Assembly (NCBI GenBank): GCA_036009625.1
Contig: DASYLJ010000177.1
Location: forward strand, 11,501 to 43,500
Reading direction: 5' to 3'
DNA length: 32,000 bases
DNA from: Candidatus Binatia bacterium
GTDB lineage: Bacteria; Desulfobacterota; Binatia; DP-6
In this document: positions 15,498 to 22,904 of the stretch, piece by piece
Layout of the letters: the number at the start of each line of letters is the position of its first letter
Position numbering within the stretch: position 1 is the stretch's first letter
Made by a program: the position numbers and the translations under genes
The notes under the pieces: model-generated
What the model was told of the DNA's origin: nothing
The model's input: the letters and a program-made list of their open reading frames with translations, nothing else
The model's database searches: none

Positions 15498-18400
15498 TCA
15501 GCCGCGGCGACGCTGGCGTGGACGACCCCGGCGAGGGGTGGCCGCGTGCCGTCGTCCGGGTGTCCTGCCGATGTCCGCCTCGAAGAATCGGAAGAACGGA
15601 TTGCCATAGTGCTGATAGGCGCCCCACGTGCGTACGCCGTAGGCCAGTTTCCCGACGACCCGGCGGGCTTCACGCATGGCCTCGTGCATGGCCTCGGGCG
15701 GCTCGACGTCGGCTGTGTTGGCAGGGGTTCCCTCCACGTCGAGACCGAGGAGGCCACCGTAGAGCCGCCGCGCGAACGCGCGCGCGGCCATGTCGTCGAC
15801 GGGCCACGCCGTGCAGACGAAGTTCGCGACGCCGCGCGCGAAGAACGCCTCGGCGAAGCTCGGCGCGAGGGTGGCGTTCCTCAGCTCGGAGCGATCCGGG
15901 GTGATGCCGGACTCGCACGCATTCGAGAACACGAACTTGGGGATGCGGTCGATACGGTTCAGCTCGCGTGCGCTCAGGGTCTTGCCGCCGGAGAAGATCC
16001 AGCCCGATGCAGGCGGATTCGTCTCGTCGTAGAAGCAGTGGCCCGCGAAGTGCAGCACGTCCCAGGCGCTCCCCATGAGCTCTTCCAGCACACGGGCACG
16101 CGTTGCCTCGCTCGGGCCGAAGAGCCGCACGACCTCGGCGCGGTTCTCGTGCCGACCCTGCGCGGCCGCGTTGAAGCGCTCGAAGAGCTCCGCGACGGCG
16201 ATGCCTTCTTCCTCTGCGCCCGGGAGGTGTGCCTCGGCCGCGGGATCGGCCACGATGAGCACCCGGAGGGTCCGCCGGGGTGGTGGCGGTGGCTCGGGCG
16301 GTGGGGCGAAGGCCGTCCGAAGCTGGCGCGTGAGGCCACCCGCCGTCCCGAAGAATCGATCGAACTCGTCGGTCGCGATCGGCGACGCCGGCAGCGGGGT
16401 TCCAGGAGGCGCATCGAGATCGGGGCGGGTGACGAGCTCCCAGTGAATCGCCGCGGCCTTCGTGTCGAGCAGCATCACCAGTGGAGCATTACCGCGCAAT
16501 CGCTCGCGGAAATCGGCCGGGAACATGAAGCGACCGAGGTTGCCTCCGTGCCACTCCTGCTGCTTGACGTCGGTCACCGTCACTAGCGACTCGTTGATCT
16601 CGCCGACCAGTGTCGAGTCGAGGTCGATCTCGCGCTCTGGGACCGAGGCGGTCTCGGTCAACGCACCATAGCGGTACTTGTCGTGCTCGAACGTCAGGGT
16701 GATGCGTGTGGGCGGCGGGTCCGTTCGCGGGGATGCCTCGGCGCTCCGCCGGGCCTTCTCCTGCTTGCGGTCCCAGGCGATGGCCTGCCGGTTCAGACGT
16801 TTCGTCTGCTCGGGTGTGAGTGGGGCGTAGCGCAGCGTGAACGGCGCGCCGTCGTCGTGGTCGCGCTGCTCGTCCGCCAGCGCGCGATCGATCTCGGCGA
16901 CGCGATGGGGATCGAACTCGACGAACGTGATGCGCTGGAGCCGCCGCCGTGTGTCGCTGCTCGACCCCGTGAGTGCGTACCGGAGACCACGTACCCATGC
17001 CTGCACGGCCGCGCGCACGGGCAGGTTCCCGTTGCCCGAACCGATCAGCACGGTCGCGAGGTGCTGCTTGCCGAGACGCCCGAGGGCCCAGGCGAGCTCG
17101 CGGACGAGGACCACCAACTCGGGACTGCCGAACCGCGCCGGAACACCGAGCCCGGCAACGGCGAGCACGCGTTCCGGGGACCGTCGGCGCCCGACCCGCT
17201 GGCGAGGATCGGGCAGGAGAAACGGCGTACCCAGCTCTCCCCGCAGCACGCCGCGATCCGTGTACTGGGTGAGCAACAGGTCGGCCGTCCCGACGTCCCG
17301 CGACGAGACGGTGGCGCGCCGGCCGGGCAGTACGGCGCTGATGGCGCGATCGAGCGCCAGCTCGGCTGCCTGCGGGCGCACGCCGAGGTAGTGCCCGACG
17401 GCGACGGCATCGACCGGAAGGCGGCGGCCCCCCAGCTCGTGGGCCCCGTCGATGCTTCCGAGCTGGACGTCGACCTGCACCGAAACCATCGTTTGCGGGC
17501 GCGCGGTCATCGAGCCCGGCGCCGGTCGGGCGGAGGACGGGCTGCCGCCCAGGAAACCGCGAACCACGATGTCCTCGCTGAGGCGCTCCTCGGGAGCGAG
17601 GTAGGTGCGCTCGACCTCTCCCACGCGTGAGCGCGCGCGCATCCGACGCGTGAGCTCCGTGAGCTCCTGTTCCTCGTTCGCTGCGCGCTCGTGCAGGGCG
17701 TGCAGGTCCGCCCGTGTCACCCGCCCGCGCGCGCGGCGCGGAATCGTGGTGCCGAGCGAGCTCGTGCGGCCGTCCTTCAAGAGGTCGTCCAGGGCGGTGA
17801 GGACCGCGTCGTTCATGGGGAGACTGCCGTGCTCGGCCTCGACGTAGTACGTCGGGACGTCCCGCCCGTTCGCGGTGCGTAGCAGTCCCAGGTCGTGGGT
17901 TACGCGTCCATCCCCATCACGGGTCCATAGGTAGGCGCCCTCGTCGCGAAACTTCGACGGATCACGGAGGCCTGCCAGGGTGAGCTGATTGCACCCTGCG
18001 ACGTAGATCATGCGGTCGGGATCGACCACGTTCTGGAGTGCGACGTGTTGTCGCGCGGCGGCCTCGAGATGCTCTCGCCAGATGTCGAGCCCATAGGTGG
18101 AGGCATCGTAGAGGGGTTGCATCGACGGCACCGCGATCGGTGACGGCAGCATCTGCAGAAGCCCGGGAAAAGACGCGATGATGCTGCACACGTCCTTCAC
18201 GCCGTGGTGGAGGTCGACCAATGCGAGTTTCCGCACGAGGGGTTCGATGCCCGCGATCACCTGCGGCACGACGAAGGCCCCGTGGTTCGGCGTGCCGAGC
18301 ATCACGAGTCGCCCGCCTGCCATGCGCCGCCACAGCTGGTCGTGGTTCAGGATGAAGGTGCGTGCGACCAGTCCTCCCATCGAGTGGGCGACGAGATGCA

Positions 18401-18926
18401 CCGGTCCGCCGTCGGGGAACCATTCGACGATCTTCGCGGCCAGATCGGCCGCGGCCAGATTCAGATCCTTCCGCCAGTCGTACCAGAAGGCTTGCACTTT
18501 CCACCGTGCGCCGAGGGCGATGAGGATGTCGCCGTAGTAACGCTTGAGCATCCCGACGGCGCGGACGTCCCAGCCTGGCTCGTATCCCGCGCGACCATCG
18601 GGCCTGAGGCGCAGGCGATCGAAGGACCCGGCGATGAGGCGCCAGACCTTGACCCAGATCAGCTCATTGTCGGCCTGACGAGTGGCCGCGAGCTCGCCGC
18701 CCATGATGCCGTGAAGGACGACGACGTTGCCGATGGGCCGGCAGGCGCCGCGAGCACGATTCCGCGCCAGCGTGCGACCGTGAAGGCGCTCGTACCGAGC
18801 GTCGCCGAAGTACTGCCGCAGCGCGCGCTCCTGATCGAGCGACGGTCGGAGCAGCAGCCGGGCGAAGTCGTCTGGATTCGCTGCCTCGACCTCGGCAATG
18901 AACGCACGTTCGTCGAACGACGGCAT
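15498..18926 (-). CDS. 1142-aa multidomain protein: N-terminal alpha/beta-hydrolase (LCAT/PGAP1-like lipase), central macro-like (peptidase M17 N-terminal-like) domain, C-terminal CHAT caspase-like protease
   Basis: Domain coordinates are approximate.
- Lipase (aa 65-375, nt 17802-18734): VVVLHGIMGG, YDWRKD, nucleophile elbow VHLVAHSMGGLVAR (S182, codon 18381-18383), RDGDGRVTHD (Asp) and EAEHGSL (His).
- Central region (aa 485-685, nt 16872-17474): DAVAVGHYLG...RVLAVAGLGVPARFGSPELVVLVRELAWALGRLGKQHLATVLIGSG...AAVQAWVRGLRYAL. By eye it resembles the leucyl-aminopeptidase N-terminal macro-like fold.
- CHAT (aa 745-1110, nt 15597-16694): AAIHWELV, LRVLIVADP, catalytic His in VLHFAGHC (H963, codon 16038-16040) and Cys in FVFSNACESG (C1004, codon 15915-15917). 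Confidence 0.85.
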   Translation of the reverse strand: MPSFDERAFIAEVEAANPDDFARLLLRPSLDQERALRQYFGDARYERLHGRTLARNRARGACRPIGNVVVLHGIMGGELAATRQADNELIWVKVWRLIAGSFDRLRLRPDGRAGYEPGWDVRAVGMLKRYYGDILIALGARWKVQAFWYDWRKDLNLAAADLAAKIVEWFPDGGPVHLVAHSMGGLVARTFILNHDQLWRRMAGGRLVMLGTPNHGAFVVPQVIAGIEPLVRKLALVDLHHGVKDVCSIIASFPGLLQMLPSPIAVPSMQPLYDASTYGLDIWREHLEAAARQHVALQNVVDPDRMIYVAGCNQLTLAGLRDPSKFRDEGAYLWTRDGDGRVTHDLGLLRTANGRDVPTYYVEAEHGSLPMNDAVLTALDDLLKDGRTSSLGTTIPRRARGRVTRADLHALHERAANEEQELTELTRRMRARSRVGEVERTYLAPEERLSEDIVVRGFLGGSPSSARPAPGSMTARPQTMVSVQVDVQLGSIDGAHELGGRRLPVDAVAVGHYLGVRPQAAELALDRAISAVLPGRRATVSSRDVGTADLLLTQYTDRGVLRGELGTPFLLPDPRQRVGRRRSPERVLAVAGLGVPARFGSPELVVLVRELAWALGRLGKQHLATVLIGSGNGNLPVRAAVQAWVRGLRYALTGSSSDTRRRLQRITFVEFDPHRVAEIDRALADEQRDHDDGAPFTLRYAPLTPEQTKRLNRQAIAWDRKQEKARRSAEASPRTDPPPTRITLTFEHDKYRYGALTETASVPEREIDLDSTLVGEINESLVTVTDVKQQEWHGGNLGRFMFPADFRERLRGNAPLVMLLDTKAAAIHWELVTRPDLDAPPGTPLPASPIATDEFDRFFGTAGGLTRQLRTAFAPPPEPPPPPRRTLRVLIVADPAAEAHLPGAEEEGIAVAELFERFNAAAQGRHENRAEVVRLFGPSEATRARVLEELMGSAWDVLHFAGHCFYDETNPPASGWIFSGGKTLSARELNRIDRIPKFVFSNACESGITPDRSELRNATLAPSFAEAFFARGVANFVCTAWPVDDMAARAFARRLYGGLLGLDVEGTPANTADVEPPEAMHEAMREARRVVGKLAYGVRTWGAYQHYGNPFFRFFEADIGRTPGRRHAATPRRGRPRQRRRG

Positions 18927-18932
18927 GCGGCG

Positions 18933-19724
18933 TCAGGCGAAGATCTGCCGGCGGGTCTTGGCCGCTGCACCTTCGAGCTGCGGGGATTGCGGATAGTCCC
19001 TGATCGCGCGGCGGAGACGGCGATGCAGCTCGTCGTAGGTCAGCTGGTACTTCGCGCGCTCGATGGTCTTGAGCGCGTAGTACGTCATGGCGCCGTGCGG
19101 AATGCCGTCGAACTCGGCGTCGTACGAGTACTGACGGTCGTTGCACCCCGAGAGCACCACCTCTTTCATCTTGGCTTCGGGGTAGTCGGGCCGCGTTGGT
19201 CGTGCGGCCCACGGGTTGTCGAGCTCCGGTAGGCCGCGGAGACGCGGGTTCAGGAAGCGCACCCGTCGGTTGTCGGGCGTGGCACGGTCGAGGGCACGGG
19301 TCGCCGTGCCCGAGAAGCAGTTGTCGAGGATCACGGTGAGCCGGACGCCCTTCGGCAGGCCGGCGATCAGCTCGCGGAGCTCGTCGTCGACGATATCGTT
19401 GGCGTCGATGTCGTAGGGGCACAGAACCTCGTCGTACTTCTCTTCGTCGCCGTCCGTGTCCGCCACATAGGAGCCGTGAGATGAATTGGTGAAGACGAGA
19501 ACGTCGCCCGCCGTCGCCCCGGCCAGGAGTGCCTTGAGGGCGCGGAGCGTCGCACGCTTGGTCGCCTGGGCATTGAGGAGAAGCTTCACGTCGCCCTTCG
19601 AGAAGTCGTAGTGGTCGGCCAGCAGTGCCGCCCACGCGCGCGCGTCGTTGACGCATCCGCTCAGGTCGTTGCCCTTGTACGGGTAATCGTTGATCCCGAC
19701 GCAGAGCGCGCGTTTCCTTCCCAT
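18933..19724 (-). CDS. Peptidase C14 caspase/metacaspase-like protease (stand-alone, 263 aa)
   Basis: RALCVGINDY, with catalytic His in VFTNSSHGS (H83, codon 19476-19478) and Cys in VILDNCFSGT (C136, codon 19317-19319). Start ATG 19724 is preferred over 19757 because of the GGGAGGA SD 6 nt upstream. The stop lies only 6 nt before the start of the CHAT gene. Confidence 0.85.
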   Translation of the reverse strand: MGRKRALCVGINDYPYKGNDLSGCVNDARAWAALLADHYDFSKGDVKLLLNAQATKRATLRALKALLAGATAGDVLVFTNSSHGSYVADTDGDEEKYDEVLCPYDIDANDIVDDELRELIAGLPKGVRLTVILDNCFSGTATRALDRATPDNRRVRFLNPRLRGLPELDNPWAARPTRPDYPEAKMKEVVLSGCNDRQYSYDAEFDGIPHGAMTYYALKTIERAKYQLTYDELHRRLRRAIRDYPQSPQLEGAAAKTRRQIFA

Positions 19725-19890
19725 GCGGCGTCCTCCCGGTGCGGCTCGAGCCCGCACTCGGTGAGCAAACGACGTGCCGGCGCGTCCCGTCGGGAATCAC
19801 CCACGGTACCGACGACGGCGTCCCGTACAGTCGACATCGTGTCCGGCGGAGCGGACGACGCCGTGTCACCCACGCGTGTCCGGAGACGAC

Positions 19891-19913
19891 GCGCGGCTGC
19901 CGTGGAGCCGCGC
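19891..19913 (-). terminator. Candidate terminator hairpin downstream of the SDR gene
   Basis: GCGCGGCT (19891-19898) pairs perfectly with AGCCGCGC (19906-19913) around a 7-nt loop. It lies 31 nt downstream of the SDR stop codon (19944-19946, minus strand) and upstream of the caspase gene. No U-tract. Confidence 0.35.
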
Positions 19914-19943
19914 GCGAAGGACGAGGGCTGCCCCGCCCGCCGG

Positions 19944-20714
19944 CTACAGCACCACGGTCATCCCGCCGTCGACGACGATCGCTGCGCCGTGCACGTAGGC
20001 CGCGTCGTCGCTCAGCAGGAACCGCACGACCTTCGCGATGTCCGCCGGCTGCGCGATGCGCCGCAGCGGAATGCGGCCTTCGAGCTGGCGCTTCGCGTCG
20101 GGCATCGCCAGTACCGGGGCCAGCATCGGCGTATCGACGGCGCCCGGGCACACCGCATTGATGCGAATGCCCTCGAGCCCGAGCCGATGCGCCAGCGAGC
20201 GCGTCAGGCCGAGTAGCCCCGCCTTCGACGCGCAGTAGGCCGGGATCATCCCATTGCCGATGATCGCCTCCACCGACGCGATGCCGACGACGGCCGCACC
20301 CGGCATGCCCTCGCGCAGCGTGTCGACGAAGGCGCGCACCAGCATCGCCTCGGCGCGCAGGTTGACGTCGAGCACGGCGTCCCAGGCGTCGTCGGTCATG
20401 AAGTCGATGGGCATCGCGCCCGATACGCCAGCGGCGTGGACGAGACCGCCGATGGGTCCGAGGGCCGCGCGTGCCGCCGTCACCGCCGTGGCGAACCCGT
20501 CCGCCACCCGCACGTCGAGGCCGAGATGATGCGTGGCGACGCCGAACTGCTCGCGGCAGAGCGTCGCCGTCTCTCGGGCGCCGTCGCCGTCGAGGTCCCA
20601 CGCGGCGACGGGACGTCCCGCCTCCGCGAGAGCGAGGCAGGTGGCGCGGCCGATGCCGGAGCCGCCGCCCGTGACGACGACACCGGTGGTGGGATTCGTG
20701 GGGAGCTGAGCCAT
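19944..20714 (-). CDS. Short-chain dehydrogenase/reductase (SDR) family oxidoreductase
   Basis: Cofactor motif VVTGGGSGIGRA, NAAG-like HAAGV, and catalytic YCASKAG (YxxxK). 256 aa is typical of classical SDRs. Confidence 0.9.
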   Translation of the reverse strand: MAQLPTNPTTGVVVTGGGSGIGRATCLALAEAGRPVAAWDLDGDGARETATLCREQFGVATHHLGLDVRVADGFATAVTAARAALGPIGGLVHAAGVSGAMPIDFMTDDAWDAVLDVNLRAEAMLVRAFVDTLREGMPGAAVVGIASVEAIIGNGMIPAYCASKAGLLGLTRSLAHRLGLEGIRINAVCPGAVDTPMLAPVLAMPDAKRQLEGRIPLRRIAQPADIAKVVRFLLSDDAAYVHGAAIVVDGGMTVVL

Positions 20715-20787
20715 GCGTCGAGGCTACGTCGGCCGCGACGGCTGGGGCAACGAACGGCGCGGGCGGTCAGCGGCCGGTTCCGACCGT

Positions 20788-22869
20788 TCAGCGCAGGCCA
20801 GCGTGGCGCAGGAGCGCATCGGTCGTCGGCGCACGACCGCGGAACGCCGTGAACACCTCCATCGGCGGCCGGCTGCCGCCGAGCGCCAGCACGGTCTCGC
20901 GATAGCGTCGTCCCGTCGCCGCGACGGCCGCAGGGTCGTCGAGCCCGGCTTCCTCGAAGGCACCGAAGGCATCGGCCGACAGCACCTCGGCCCACTTGTA
21001 GCTGTAGTAGCCGGCCGCATAGCCGCCCGCGAAGATGTGCGTGAAGCCGCAGAGGAAGCGGTCCTCCGGCAGCGGCGGCACGACGGTGGTGCGCGCGGCG
21101 ATGCGATGCTGCACGTCGAACGCGCTCTCGGGACCGTTCGGGTCGAACCGGTTGTGCAGCTCCATGTCGAGCGATGCGAAATAGATCTGGCGCAGCATGT
21201 CCGAGCCGGCGCGGAAGGTGCGGGCGGCGGTGAGCTTCTCGAACAGCTCGTCGGGCAGCGGCGCGCCGGTGTCGACGTGCGACGACAACCCGAGCAGCGT
21301 CGGGCGGTGGTAGCACCAGTTCTCCATGAACTGGCTCGGCAGCTCGACGGCGTCCCACTCGACGTTGCGTATGCCCGACGCGAGCCCGTGCTCCACGGTC
21401 GTCAACATGTGCTGCAGGCCGTGGCCGAACTCGTGGAACAACGTGTGGACCTCGTCGAAGCTCATGAGCGACGGCCGCTTGCCGACGGGCGCCGCTTGGT
21501 TGCAGACGAGATATGCGACCGGCCTGCGTCCGTGCAGGCGACCGACGCACTCGTCCATCCATGCGCCGCCGCGCTTCTCGGCGGGTCGGCTGTAGGGATC
21601 GAGGTAGAACGCGGCGATCTCGACGCCGTGCTCGTCGGAGACGCGGAAGAAGCGCACGTCGGGATTCCACACCGGCACCTCGCCGTCGGCGGCGCGCACG
21701 GTGACGCCCAGCAGTCGGCCGGCCAAGGCGAACAATCCGTCGAGCACACGCGGCAGCGGGAAGTACGGACGCAGCGCCTCCTCGCTGTAGGCGTAGCGCT
21801 CCTCGCGCAGCCGCTCGGCCCAGAACGCGACGTCCCAGTTCATGAGCTGCGTGGCCTCCGGGGCGCCGGCGCGGGCGGCCAGCTCGCGCAGCTCGCGATG
21901 GTCGTTCTGCGCCGGAACGAACGCCGCCGAACGCAGTTCCTCGAGCAGGATCTCCACGGTGGCGACGTCGGGCGCCATCTTGGTGGCGAGGCTCAGGGCG
22001 GCGAAGCTGTCGAAGCCGAGCAGTGCCGCCAGCTCACGCCGTAGGCCGAGGATGCGGCCGATCAGCGCCGTATTGTCCTCGGTGCCGGTGCTGGCCCGGG
22101 TGACGTACGCGCGGTAGAGGCGCTCCCGCAGATCGCGACGGCGGCCGTGCTGCATGTAGGGACCGTAGCTCGGGAAGTCGAGCGTGATGCGCCACGGGCC
22201 GCGCTCCACGGTGGCCTCCGCGGCGCCCGCCTGGCGCGCCGCCTGCGCCGCCAGCTCGAGCGCGCTCGGCGGCAGGCCGGCCACCTCGTCGGGTTCGGTG
22301 AGGGTGATGGCGAACAACTTCGTGGCGTCGAGCACGTGGTTGGTGAAGCGGGTGGAGATCTCGGCGAGCTCGGTCTGGATGGCGTTGAAGCGCGCCTGCT
22401 TCGTCCCGGAGAGACCGACACCGGACAGCTCCGCGTCACGAACCAGTGAGGTGACGATGCGACGCTGCGTTTCGTCGAGCGTGCCCCACGCCGGACCGTC
22501 CTTCAGCTGCTTCAGCGCCTGGAAGATCGATCGGCTCTGGCCGAGCCGCATCGAGAACGCCACCACCTCGGGCTGCACCGTCTCCTGGGCCGTGCGGAGC
22601 GCGTCGCTGTTCTGCACCCCCATCAGATGCCCGACGAGACCCCACGCCACCGACAGCCGGTCGCCGAGGCGCTCGATCGGCTCGACCACGTCTTCCCACG
22701 TCGGCGCCACCGCCTCCTCGATGCGGCTGAGCTCGTCGCCCAGCTCGGCCAGGAGCGTGCGGATGCCGGGGACGACGTGCTCGGGGCCGATGCGATCGAA
22801 CCGCGGCGGACCTGATCGATCGAGGAGCGGGTTCTCTTCCTGGGGCGCCATGACGCGCCCCAAGACCAT
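20788..22869 (-). CDS. M3 family zinc metallopeptidase (oligopeptidase A / peptidyl-dipeptidase Dcp-like)
   Basis: Zinc motif TLFHEFGHGLQHML (HEXXH) with a downstream E in the VEWDAVELPSQFMENW context. About 690 aa, typical of OpdA/Dcp. The alternative start is ATG 22851. Confidence 0.9.
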   Translation of the reverse strand: MVLGRVMAPQEENPLLDRSGPPRFDRIGPEHVVPGIRTLLAELGDELSRIEEAVAPTWEDVVEPIERLGDRLSVAWGLVGHLMGVQNSDALRTAQETVQPEVVAFSMRLGQSRSIFQALKQLKDGPAWGTLDETQRRIVTSLVRDAELSGVGLSGTKQARFNAIQTELAEISTRFTNHVLDATKLFAITLTEPDEVAGLPPSALELAAQAARQAGAAEATVERGPWRITLDFPSYGPYMQHGRRRDLRERLYRAYVTRASTGTEDNTALIGRILGLRRELAALLGFDSFAALSLATKMAPDVATVEILLEELRSAAFVPAQNDHRELRELAARAGAPEATQLMNWDVAFWAERLREERYAYSEEALRPYFPLPRVLDGLFALAGRLLGVTVRAADGEVPVWNPDVRFFRVSDEHGVEIAAFYLDPYSRPAEKRGGAWMDECVGRLHGRRPVAYLVCNQAAPVGKRPSLMSFDEVHTLFHEFGHGLQHMLTTVEHGLASGIRNVEWDAVELPSQFMENWCYHRPTLLGLSSHVDTGAPLPDELFEKLTAARTFRAGSDMLRQIYFASLDMELHNRFDPNGPESAFDVQHRIAARTTVVPPLPEDRFLCGFTHIFAGGYAAGYYSYKWAEVLSADAFGAFEEAGLDDPAAVAATGRRYRETVLALGGSRPPMEVFTAFRGRAPTTDALLRHAGLR

Positions 22870-22904
22870 GTGGCCGGCAGATCGTCAAATGGTACGAAGA
22901 GGCC

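Noticed and set aside
12783-19232. Series of 300-440-aa plus-strand ORFs (12783-14114, 14508-15440, 15546-16586, 16683-17630, 18204-19232) antisense to the cyclase, CHAT and caspase genes
   Set aside because: Each is the mirror frame of a minus-strand gene with strong motif support. The translations are Arg/Glu/Asp/Gly-rich and motif-free. Stop-free antisense frames are expected at about 70% GC.
8156-19757. Idea that the TIR/cyclase/CHAT/caspase cluster is a recently acquired mobile island
   Set aside because: I could see no flanking integrase, tRNA, direct repeats or obvious composition break. Codon style looks like the flanking housekeeping genes, and a housekeeping-type lnt sits inside the cluster. 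Horizontal origin cannot be excluded without quantitative GC/k-mer analysis and comparative genomics.
18664-20601. 645-aa minus-strand ORF bridging the CHAT start, the caspase and the SDR gene
   Set aside because: It is off-frame relative to three motif-supported genes, and the translation is dominated by Arg/Gly/Pro.
20715-20787. Possible terminator hairpins between the M3 peptidase stop and the SDR start
   Set aside because: Only short (4-6 bp) or imperfect stems (GTCG/CGAC, GAACGG/CCGGTTC) are present. This is not distinguishable from chance in GC-rich DNA.
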